The notes below the pieces were generated by a model that had not been told where the DNA came from, searched no databases, and saw nothing but the letters and a program-made list of their open reading frames with translations. From contig NC_092673.1 of the NCBI RefSeq assembly GCF_964355755.1, forward strand, positions 18,907,648 through 18,971,647: 64,000 nt of DNA, written 5' to 3'. Both the position numbers and the translations under genes were made by a program. The stretch's first letter is position 1; each line of letters opens with the position of its first letter. This document shows positions 38,638 to 51,400 of this stretch, piece after piece. The DNA comes from Antedon mediterranea (lineage: Eukaryota > Animalia > Echinodermata).

Positions 38638-38875
38638 ATTAAATAGGCTAGTCATGCAAGACTGACTGAAGAAGTCAGGTGATGCACATAACGTGGCATA
38701 GAGGGTGTTGGTACTTTGCATAACAATAAACACCTGTTAGCGTCCATTGATGTAGAGCTGTACAATCGCATTGCTAGACTAGTAGTAGTAGTGGATGGAG
38801 GATTCTTTTCCAGACAAATGATATCATTTTATGTTAACCTACAATTATTTATGAATTCATTAGTGTGAGTTATAT
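38638..38875 (+). other. Copy 2 of the duplicated non-coding block; candidate first (5'UTR) exon of the kinase-ROCO gene
   Basis: Similar to 30681-30920; ends in GTGAGT about 2.6 kb upstream of the acceptor of the kinase exon. Confidence 0.4.
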
Positions 38876-41246
38876 ATTTTTTCATTTCTTGATAGTAATT
38901 TTACTTTTAAGCTAGTAGAGCTCTTTGTATGAAGGTTTAAACATGGACCTATAAAATAACAGCTCCATGAGTTAAAGCTAATCGGTAATAATACAATACA
39001 CTAGCAGATACCCGTCCAATGGTTTTAAGTTGTGGGAATCAAAGAGATTACAGTCATATAGTACAATGCAGTATGCACAAATCTATAAATGGATGTATAG
39101 TGTGAAGAGGTACATTATACAGCATTTTAGAAGGAAGATAAAATTAATAGAAATACTCTATTCTTTATATTTCAGTGTCTATTTTGTTTTAATTCTAAAA
39201 GCAAGTAACTTTAAATACAAACTAGATTTAAACTCGTCACGGTGACAAGTTAGGCTATCGCGCAACGCATCATAACATGCACATGCTATTTATTAGGCTT
39301 AGTCTACAGTAGGCTGCACCACAACGATTGTATAAACAGCATAGCATTGATCAAAATCGTTCAATATGCGTCAACATATAGGCATTGTAAACGGTTTAGT
39401 TGACGGTTTAGTTTTATTTTACGTACATTTATTTAATTGTTTGAATTTGATGACTTTTACGCGATATGCGCTCTATTGAATGTGATGAACTGTGTTGAAA
39501 AAGATAATAATCCAATTTTTAAAATTCAGATGGCCATATGATGACGTCTAACATCCGAGAGGTAAATATTCTGTATTAATTCATATCTACAACATATCTG
39601 CTTACATTATTACGTTAAACAAAATTGGGGTCACCGTTGATCCTGAGGAGCTATAATAGATTCAAAATAGGTATAATTTTGCACAAATTTGCATAAAATT
39701 ACCTATTTTCAAGCGCATGATCTTTAAAGTTTGATGTGCACATGTGTCATTATTTTACATTCATAATTGATTAAAAATGAAAAAAAGTGCATAAAAAATG
39801 AAAAAAAATGCATTATAAAAAGTATAAAGAACAATAATCAAGTGAAAATACGGTGTTTATAAAGCTACGTACAGGCTAAGTGCGCAGCTTTTGCCGTTTT
39901 TTAGATCTGCGAGACACAAAAAATGAGCAGAAAATATGAAATTTTTGACAATAACAATAGGCTATCGCTCTACAGAGAGCAATAACCTATTTGCAGAATC
40001 ATCGCAACATTAGTGCTCACTGTAAAATGAATGTTTGAAAAACATGCAGTCACAAAATAAAACAGAATCTCAGTAATATATTAATTTTTAATATACATCT
40101 GTATCTTTGTTCTTGTTTTGTTTGTGTAAATATATTAAAATAACAGATGTTTATTATTGTATTGATTGATTAATAATACAGGTAATAATGTTTTGTAAAA
40201 GCTTCGAAAGTATGTTAATATTATTTCTGATTGGAGAACAGTGACTTAGTTGAATCTGGTTGAATATTCTTGCAGTCTCCTGTTGTTCAGTTGAATGACC
40301 TGATTTGTGGTGGTAAAAATGATTGGTGATTTAAGTCTTTAAGATGAACAACAATGTATGTTTTCTGGTGGTGTCTGGTAGTGTGTAGGCCTAAATTAAA
40401 GAAGTAAATATGATTTATCTTCCTTGTTTGTACCTCCTTCCTAAACACCACGAAAATAAATACCATAAAACAAACAATTAAAAATAACAAAACATAATGT
40501 TAGCATAATGTACTTTACAATATTTCATATCATAACCCTACACAGGAAGCTAATGGAATTAGAAGCCTCTCTTAGTCAAGCATTATGTGGGCCTAAAAGT
40601 GGGCTGAATTGTCTCATTACACCTGGGCCAAATCATCCCGCATTCAGCTATTGCCTATATAGCAGCTTAGGATTAGTAATTGGTAAGAAACATAACCTAG
40701 CCTAGTGTTATCACTGCATTTGGTGTTTGAAAAAATGGAAAAAGGGTGCTCAATCTCTCCTTTGGCAGGCGCGATGTGCATGAGGTAGAAACTGACCACC
40801 CGTTCATTTGAAATGGTACACAACATGTAGCACTGCCGCTACACTGACTGCAGCTGCGCTGATCGCATGTGCTCTCGATATATTGCAAATGATTTGAGTG
40901 ACCTAATTGTGACATAGGAAAATGGCCCAGAATTACCGAATTTTGCCTAAATTGGCCTAAAAACACATTTTTTGTACAAATTTTCTGTTCTAATATAGCT
41001 TAATGAATTAAAAGGTGCCCCAGCTTGAACTTTGCTAGTATTGGATGGACGGTTTAGGAGGAGATAGAGGAACAAATTTAATTACAATATAAAAATATAA
41101 TCTGTAGTTTTTAAGCAATGGGCAATACAAACATTCTGTTTTATAGTGTACAACACCAGTTTGGTGATAAAAGATAAGGATAAGAGATATTGAGAGAATT
41201 TTGAGTAAAGTATATTCAGTTATTTGGAACTTTGTTAAATGAAAGG

Positions 41247-41390
41247 GAAAATTACTGAAAACATCACAATCAATGGTTGGATCTCAATGGTGTATACAAA
41301 AAAAATATGAGCAAAAAGCTAAATCAAAACGATGGATTAAAACAGCCAGAAAGGAATTGCAGAGCTTTCGGGTAGCACTAATCCTTTTTC
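41247..41390 (-). repeat. Second, degenerate copy of the hammerhead-bearing dispersed repeat at 11100-11262
   Basis: Shares AAATTACTGAAAA..TGGATCTCAATGG..AAAAGCTAAATCAAAACGAT..AACAGCCAGAAA..GCAGAGCTTTCGGG; the TCATCAG core complement is missing. Confidence 0.75.
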
Positions 41391-41540
41391 TTTGATTGAA
41401 TTCGATTTGAAGGAAGTATAACAAAGAAGGAACAGTCTGGTGAAGAGAGAAAGTAGAAAACAATGAAGATAACTTGCATATAAAATAATGTATATCATAT
41501 GTTTATTTGTCTTTGCAGATCTCCACTTTGAGCAACAATA

Positions 41541-42428
41541 ATGGCAAGTAATGAAACAGTGTTAAACCCATATCCTACGATTTTAGAGATACCATGTAAT
41601 GATATTGAATTTGGAGAACTTATTGGAAGGGGTTCAACGTGCAGTGTGTTGAAAGGGGTTTGGAAAACTAAAAAAGATGTGCCAGTTGCAATTAAACGTC
41701 TCAACCATTTTCGAGAAATGGAAATTGTTACATTACGAAAAATTAAAGCTGACGAAGAAAAAAAACACATTGGTAGAAAGTTCATAATAGAGATTCTAGG
41801 GGTTAGTAAGAAGGATCATATGGATTGTATTGTAATGGAATATGTAGCAAATGGGTCATTATATGATTATTTAGGCCAGAAAAAACGAGAACAGCAGCAA
41901 CCTCTTGGGAATGACCAATTTTTCAACTGGACCCAGCAAGGTGCTCTTGCAATACAGTATCTTCATGAACTTGATATAATTCATCGAGATATCAAATCGC
42001 CAAATGTTTTAATTACTGATAAATATAATTTTAAACTTTGTGACTTTGGAATTTCCTGCATAAGTAATGAAACACTTTCAACAACATGTAGTGGGTCTCT
42101 TCCATGGATGGCTCCTGAAAGTTGTAAGGCTTTGTTTGAAAACTTTAGTTCAAAGATAAAGGTATCAAAGCGTTCAGACATATACTCTTATGGTGTTGTG
42201 ATATGGGAAATGTGGACTTGTAAAAAACCAAATGATGTGATGAAAGTTGATGGTATGTACCCGTTAGATGAAGGAACACCATCTAAGTTAAAGGATATGC
42301 TGCATAGTTGCTGGGATGTGGACAGAGGAAAAAGGCCAAGTATTCCAGATATACTAGAAACTATGGAGGAATTGGCTATTACAATGGAGGAATTGGCTAT
42401 TACAATGGAGGTTAAAGATTTTAAAGAG
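41541..42428 (+). CDS. Exon encoding the whole TKL-group (MLK/RIPK-like) kinase domain
   Basis: IGRGSTCSV, VAIK, MEY...GSL, HRDIKSPN, DFG, GSLPWMAPE, SDIYSYGVVIWEM, CW...RPS; acceptor TTGCAG ending at 41518 and donor GAG/GTATGT at 42428. Confidence 0.95.
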
Positions 42429-45400
42429 GTATGTTTCCTACAATCAAATTCAGTATCGTTTCACTCCAGCTGGACTAGAGATTTTTTCCCAATGAGAAAT
42501 ACAAACTTGTCAAATCTAGTTCACCCAAATCCTGTGTATTGGAAATGCAATTACTAGCTAATGCAAGTGATCCTTGCCTACTTAAGATCCCCTTAGTCAA
42601 ACTTAAAACTTCTGAACACTTCTTATTCTTATTATGATGACAGTCCACATAAATAGTATTTCTCTCCTTGAACATTATATTTCTTTATACAAACTGATTA
42701 GCTCTGATTTTTGATCATTTTCTCTGTAATTGTACTGTACTGTACTTGTCTTGTTTTTGTTATTTATTTATAAAAATGTTTTTTTTGTGTTTATATGGTC
42801 ATCTCGTGACAAGTACTTCTTGACATGTACTTCTAGTACTATAACTACTGCTTGCTTTCAGCTCCTAAATGAGTCATCCTCTTGGGACGTAGCGGGCTAA
42901 AGCAGCAGCGTGAAAAACATTGTTTTGATGAAATATAAAGTGCGTCTTATACATCAACGATAAAAAAATACTGATATTTTACTCTCAGTTAGGGAGTGCG
43001 TCTTATACACAGGTGCGACTTATACACCGAAATATACGGTATACTATTCCCCACAATATACTCCGATTGTTTATGGATATATTTAATTTGATCTTTAATA
43101 ATTTGCAAGATAATTTTTATTATGCTACTGTACCTCCACACGCGTGGTCCGGTCCAAAAATAAACAAAAAACTAAAATGGCTATTGCCACCAACGGCCAA
43201 CTTAGTTAAAACCAGGAAGTTGCAAGGTGATGACAACGTGAACCCGGAAATTACTTCTACCGCGTACGGTTGAAAATCTACCGATGAAATCAATAATTTT
43301 GTTTTAAAACCCTTTATAATATCTTCCTAAGATATAAATATGGAACAATATCGTAATAGTGAGAACTAATGTTATTAAATCTACGTTTCGGGAGGTAGGT
43401 ATTCAAGGCGGAGATTTGTCTTGAAGTTTTCCATTGTGCTTGCCTATGTCAGAATTAGTAAGCATAATTTATATAGATTCATAATAAACGAAACAAAAGA
43501 GTATAATAATGAATGGATAAGCTGCTTTAAAAAAGAGGTACTTTTAATTTTCTTATAGTCAGTAGAAGAGTATATTCCATCTGCTATTACTGCTCATGGT
43601 ACAGATGTTAAGGAAGCATATAATGAAGCATTGACTGAGGGATCTGACAAAATCAATCTTGGAATGCTTAAAGTAATTGGACAGGAAGGTGTGGGGAAAA
43701 CTTGCCTCATTAATGCCTGTCTTGGAAAAAAGTAATACATAGTTTAGGACAGTGAAATTGACAATATAAACTTTCCATCATTTCCGGCCTGTTAGATGTA
43801 CAATGAGTGGGAGTATGGAATGCAGCAGGGGCACAGGGGCAGATCCGGCAAATTGTAATGCAAAAGATAAGACATCAAATTGAGCTCAGCCCTTCATTTC
43901 ACTATTTTTAAGATTGATGATACAATTTTTGTCGCAATGTGAAAGAAGTAAATTGATGATACAAATTTTGATTTGCGATGTGAAGGAATTGCATCGATGA
44001 TATGAATTTTGTCACGATGTCCATGAAATGAATTGAGTAAAAAATATGCTGATGAAAAGTGATGAACAGATGCTTAATAATCATTACCATTAATACAGTA
44101 GTTAGATCAGATTGCCCAACCAATTTCTAACAATTAGGCCTATGCTACAATGGCTACTTGGTAGGGCTGGTTTATGAGGATCCACTATCAAGGCTAGCCC
44201 TCCAAGGCCTATTCCCTTTTAAGTCCGGCATAGCATAATATAATTCATATATACAAACATAATAGGCATATAATATTATTATTTTGTTCTTACGGTGAGG
44301 TTATAGCCCTGGGGTTTGTCGTTTTTATGTCCGTTTTAAGAAAATAAATAAAACACAAAGTTATGATAATATGAATGAGACATATGGAGAGGAGAGGTCC
44401 AGTACCAATGCTTTGTTAACCTTGTGGGGTTGACCCAGCAGAGATCGAGAGGATGACATATGCCGCCAATAGTTTTTACATTTCATTCAAATCTCGACAA
44501 AATTTGTATCACTCAACGCAAATTTATCCAATGCATTTTATTCACATATACACGAATCATAGTTACGTAAACAGCGTTCTATACGGGAGTGTTTTTTACA
44601 TTGAAAAAAGATAAAAATGGTATTTTAATTTTATTGATATTGCAGCGCAATTAAATAGCAATAACTGAATACAATTTATTAAAATATATCAACCATCTTA
44701 AATTGATTGAATTAACTAATCAATCAGTTTTTGTATTTATAAATCATAAATAAAGGTTAGAAATGTTTTGATTATTACATTATTATTATAAGTATGTATA
44801 TTTATTTATTTATTGTTCTTTATTGGTTTTCAATTACTCTATTTACTTTCAGATTTGAGAAAGACCATAACATTACAGATGGCATAGAAGTTATAAGGAC
44901 AGCAAGCAAAACATGGAATGAGGCTAAAGCTGATAGTGGTAAACATGAATACATTTAGCACTGTTGTCATTTATCTCCATTATAATAAACACAAACAGTC
45001 TCATATCCTCAAATACGCTATAAAAAATATGATATAAAATAATATACTGTAGTAGATAAAATACTGTATTTTAACCTGTTTCCGCTATAAGTAATTTTTT
45101 GGTGGTCCTGTTAAAATATTTTACCCAAACTGCCTTTCATGAGTTGCAATTCTTATTGACCTATGTAATAATAATAACTTTATTGTTTCTCTTTTATAAC
45201 AGAGGCACAATTCTCAAGAGATGTGCAACAACAAAAAATTAATATGGACTTATCTTAATACACAATCAAATACAAACATTATAAAATATTATTACATTAA
45301 AAAGTATATAAACATTAGGTTATAAAAATACATTCAATACATTTGAGTGAAAAGTAAAAGATTGTGTTATGGAAGGATATTATAAATTTTGTTGCGTTCT

Positions 45401-48400
45401 TTCCTTGCAGTTGTTAAAAATAATTTACAATATTTGTCCAAAGAGGTTACTTGCTAAAATAGTTAATATTGGTTATACATTGGATTTGATATTCTTCATG
45501 AATTTCTAGGTCGTCAAAAAAAAGGTGATATTTAAGTTCAGGTGAGCTTGACGTGAATAAGTCCCATATTTTATGCAAATCATTGTGGTATAGATCTTCT
45601 TTAAGTTGTTTAAATATTGAGTTTCTAATATTTATTTATCTAGTACAATTGAATACAAAATGATAAATTGTTTCTTTTTCACCACAATTACATAACAAAC
45701 ATGATCCTAAATTTTGTGGTGACCAAGCTTCCTTTCTTCCTTCGAGTGGTAATGAGTTAGAACGAGCTTTGAATTTTAGACTTGATGCATGTATACTAAG
45801 CATATTTTATCAATAAATGGAGTAAAGAATGTTGTAATTTTGCCAGGCCTTTCTACGACTCTTTTTCACCCACAAAAAAAAACCAGATTAATATAACTAA
45901 TTGTAACTTTAAATAGTTTATTAATAGGCAAAGGATTCATAAACAAGTTTATAATATGCATATGTTAGGTAAAAATGCACAATCGGCATCTTCTATCAAC
46001 TGGCAATGAGTCGCCAAGATGCGTCCTTTCTCCTGTATTGTTCAGCATATATACAAATGAGTTTAAAATTAAATTTGATGACTGCTGTTTAATTAAGTAT
46101 GCCGATGACAGTGTTATAACTGGATCTATTAGGATAATAATTAATTTAAAAAAAACTATAGACAGTCAATAAATGACTTTGCCACATCGTGTGGTAATAA
46201 CATCCTAACCTTAAATACAGATAAAACTAAAGAGATCATTTTTTACTTTAGACGCTCCAAAAGAACACTTCCAATTGCCATAACTACCAATGAACAAAAT
46301 ATTGAAATGGTCGAGGAATTTAAGTATCTTGGTGTTGAGCTTAATTAAAACCTTAACTGGGAAGCCAACTGCTTACGCGTCGTGACGTTTGCTCCCAAAC
46401 CCTTCCCATCATGCGTCGCCCACGGTATTTGCGATAAACCTTATTACAAAAAGAGCAAGCCAGAGAATTTTTTTCCTCCGAAACTTAAAAGCTTCAATAT
46501 CAGATGTGAAATTCTTAACCCTTTTTTGATAGCGTTATTAGAAGTGTTCTTTTATTTGGCTCAATTGTCTGGTTCTCGAATCTAACTCAAAGGGTAAAAA
46601 ACAAACTAAAATGGTAGAGTGGGCCAGTAAAATAATCGGCATTAGCCTTGAACCTCTTATGTCTCCAAATGAAAGGGACATCCTAAAAACTGTCAATAAA
46701 ATTTGTCAAGATCCCGATCACCCTGTAAATAAATTCTTTAAGCTTAGCCAAACTGGTAGACGGATCACTCTGAATCACAACACTAAACTAAATAGCAAGT
46801 TTGATCTCTGTAATTTGTTGTTTTTTTTGTTTTTTTATATATTTGTATATCGTTTGTATATTGTATGTATATCAAATGTAAATCAACCAACCAAATTTTA
46901 TTTGTACCTTGTTGTAAAAATGACAATAAATACTATTGTATCGTATCGTATAGTAGAATGGGGAACCTAATGTTACAAAAATGAATTATATGAGATTTTA
47001 ATGCTCAAATTGAGTGCGGAATTGATTTGGAATCCTTAGAACTATTAGACTTCATTGCAATTGGTGGCAATTTTTCCAGACCCTAATTTGCCTGCCATCG
47101 TGGAGCCTATTTTGGACCAATATGAACATACTTTTGCCAAATCATACAATATCATGACAAATAGATTTGACAATTTGTATTAATAGCACTGATGGCGGCC
47201 ATTGGATTCCAAGATTGATGCCATTAAAATTGATTTGAATCCTTATGACTATCAAAGCAATCTAACCACATACTACATTACCTTAAATAGTACTAGTAGA
47301 ATGAATTCCAATTTAGGACAATTTGTTCAACCGCATTATGAAATGAGTTGATAGTTCAGGGTATAGTCACGTATCTATATATTTTTTTCTCTACAGGTAA
47401 TCCTTCAAAACAGTATACAAAAATGGTCAAGAATAAATTGAGAGAAAGGAAAACTGTAAACGTAAGTCACTATAGTGTAATTGAAACATAAAATGAATAA
47501 AATAGTATCCACATGGATGTTCTACTAATACAAACCTGTCATTTAAGCTTCTTTTGTAAATGAACCAATGAGACATATGACTATTGAGCAGCAGTTTTAA
47601 TTATAAAAAAAAACATTTTTTTTTTTTCAATTCTTTTATAATTTGGTTTTGAAAGTTTTCTTCTGTTAAACGTAGATTATTTAAGTTTTGATAAACATTT
47701 AAATCTTTTATATCCGTTTACTCTTTTTTTATTTCAAGTGTCATGATGATAAACCACTTACATATGATTCCAATTACAAAAATGATGATTACAGAAATGA
47801 TGACGACAACAATGATGATTACAGAAATAATGGTGTGTAACTCCCTTTCTAATTTTGTTGATATCGTTGTCAATAATGAATAAATAAGTCCTAAAAGTAT
47901 GAGTCATATTCATATATCATCGCTATTTGAAATAATCAATTAGATTGTGTTTAAAAAAAATTTATTTTCCAATTTAAAGTAACTAAACTATTACTATGTA
48001 ATATAGTTTTTATGTGATCATATTTATATTTAACAATTATGTTGACAGTCAATTTTTTGTCGAAGTGAATAACTATTATGTGACATTAAAATGGCATATT
48101 CAACAAAAAATGTGTTCTAGAGTTGACCAGCCGATTCTGTAAGACCTTGAAAAATAGTCATTAGGGACTTTACGGAACAGGACGGGAAGCCACAGAATGC
48201 TAATGAATAATTTATAACTTTTTGTGGACAATAAAGTTGCCATTTTCCCGTTTACGGAGAATGACTAGAAATAATGTACATATAACCTTAAATATACAGT
48301 TCAAATTACACTTAAACATGGAATTTTTAAAACTCTAAATAATATTTGAATTTAATTTAATTGTTTAACGTTAAAAGCAATACATTTTGTGCGGTGTTTG

Positions 48401-51400
48401 AATGCGAGACCTCTAGCTAGGAAGGCTATGCTGTATCACCAGAGCCAAGCGATTCAGAAGGGCCATGCGCTGCGAGGCAGGGGAGGGAGAGAGATACTGC
48501 CGGTTGTCGTCTTTGCACAAGGGTATGTAACTAATAAAACAGCTGTGTCGCCTGTATATGATTTTACATTCTAGCGAACACAGGATGTCCGTTGTCTTCC
48601 CCTAACTGTCCTGTTTTGGCTGGGGGTGGCAGATGCCAAAATAAGCATGCTTGAATTTTACTTGTGTTTATGATAACCAACAAAATTTGTTTCCACTACA
48701 GGTACTGCTACAGCAGCTGAAGCTATTCCAATTGATATAGATAAACAGTTAGATAAAGATGTAATTCAGGATATTGTGCAAAATAAGGAGACGACTTTGG
48801 AAGAAACATTCAACATCTGGGACCATGGGGGACAATTGATATACCATGGTATACATCGTGTAAGGCTGATTCAAACCTATGGAATTATGCTTTCGTATCG
48901 TACGTGGCGTACAACTTCATGTCTGAACCAGGAAAAGATTAGTGAAAGCCACCTCTTTATGACACTGACCTTTCGTTCGTTCTGAAGGTACAAGATTAGT
49001 GTACAGATGCTTATGATACGATCAATGATTCTGACCTCCAACCAATCAAATTTACTCTTGCATGCCAGATGTTGGCTAAATCTGTTTCACTTCAGTTTGT
49101 AACAAAAGCGTTAATCAATTCAAAACACTTTGCTGTTTCTAACTACTGTGAAGTAGCTTTGTGTCTAGAGGTATGAATGCCAGGCTAGTGATGTGGAGGT
49201 CGTGGATTCGAGTCCCACCCAAGAATTACTTAAATACAAATTATGACAGAGTGGGGAAAATTATCTAACCAATTGCTAAGTATAATATGACCTTGCTTGC
49301 GATACGAAAGCATTTCTCCATGTGTCTGAACCTACCCTTAATTTCAAAATATGTAGTAGAACAGAACATTGATATTTTATTGAATAAGATCTGGATAAGA
49401 TCTTTACTTCAAAAACATTAAACTCCACATCAGCCAGTTAAAAGGAAATGTTACTAACATAACTGTATGGCTATGGTACAGTATGGTATGCCTTTCTTGC
49501 CTATTCAGTAATCACAAATTTCTTTCCATGGTAACTGCTTATATAATTGTTAATATTAAACATTTTCCATGCCTATATTCCAACAAAACAAATCAAGTAT
49601 TTTCAGTAACTCTTAGTTCTTGATTTTTGTTTTCTATCATCACTGATTGTAGCCACAATATTATATGAATTTGTTATAGAGAATTGCTCTGATAAAAGGA
49701 TTAACAGAAATAGATTTTAGATAGTTTTTATTTATATTAGGGTCCACCTACAAATTCAAATAATATTAACGAATATTAATCAGCCAATATTTAAATAAAA
49801 AAATAATTTTTGCAGATCTTCATGACATCACGATCACTTTACATTGTAGTGTTTGATCTCAGTAAACCCTTGGATGATCTTGCTACTTTCATTAATTCTA
49901 CTGGAGTAAGTATTTCTAGAGCATGGCGGCAGTAAGGTATTGTGATTGAACAAGTCTTCTAATTTATAAAAACAAAAACAGTTTGACTATTATAAAAGAT
50001 TTTATTTCATACCTTCCAGATAAGATGTAGTAATGAACATTTTTTTTAAACTAACCATTTCAAGTTTAACTTTAAGATGTTTTGAAGTGTTCTTATAATT
50101 TTTTTTTCAGAGAACATGTCAACATCATTGGACCAATCTCCAGTTCATATTATCTTACATCCTGTCAGTTTATTCTCATAGTCGTATTGTGGAAGAGGAT
50201 GAGGAGAATGAAGTTGACAAACCAACTATCCTTATTGTGGGTACACATAAGGGGAAGCTTGGCTGGACTGAAGAACAGCAAAATGATGAGGTTAATACTT
50301 CTTTTGTTTCTGTATTATTATAAATAGCCACAACCAAAGATACATTGCAGTTGTAACTGTTTTTAAATATTACTTCAAATAAATTACAAAATTGACACAT
50401 TCTTATTATGAAATAGGCGTAAACTATTTTAAAATTATTTACAAACAGGCAGAAAAGGTGTTTAAAATTATTCGAGATGTTCTTAAAACAAAACAATATG
50501 GAAATCATGTCTACCACAAATATTTTGCCATTGAAAACAGTCAACCAACCACAGATAAGAGCTTTGGTTATCTCAAACAAGTTATTGATAAACTTATGAA
50601 AGCATTAGAACAGCCTTTTCCTTTAAAGTGGATGCGTTTTCGATGTGATCTACATGATCTAAGAGGAAAAAAACAGCCCTCCTTTTCTTTGTGTCCTTTA
50701 AAAGAGGTAAATGTTATTTGTTTTGTTTGGTTCTTTTTTTCAGAAAAGAACATTTTTGGAAATATTAAGTCGCAAGTATCTATCAAGTATCTAAAAAAAA
50801 ATTAACGTTTCTAAATATAAGTACCCTTTAATTAAAAAATGTCCATAGCCTACTGTAGCCAATTAGATTACAATATCCAACATCATATTTTCATCTCAGA
50901 TATTTGCTGCCATTGTTTTATTTATAAATTGTGTGTTTGAAAATACTGAGGTAATTAGCCATTGAAATTCAATATTTCAAACTATGTTTTCATGTAATAC
51001 CCACATGTTACAAAAATAAATATGATTTCATATTTTGTTATTTAATTCTGAATAATACTAATTATTATTTCTTTTAGATCAAAATTCTGACAAGTAAGAA
51101 TGGTATTGTTGACGAAAAAAACAAATCAGTCCTGCTTAACTTGTATGATCTTGGTGAAATTGTTTACATGCCTGACAACAAATTATTAAGGGATAAAGTC
51201 ATGCTAGATCCGTTGAGGCTGGTTGAAATTGTCACCAAATTTGTAACTGTAGTTTCCCCAAAATATCCCGTAAGTAGACTCATGTAATGTCTTGCATTGT
51301 AAAAACATGTTACCGTAGTATAATTACTCCTGTTCTGTGTAATTTATTATTCCTTAGCAACAAATTTGCCTTTAGTAATATTTGATAGAGATGCTTAACA

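Noticed and set aside
41541-42557. 338-aa stand-alone kinase ORF
   Set aside because: The part after 42428 follows a good donor and has no kinase features; splicing to 43559 continues in frame into Roc
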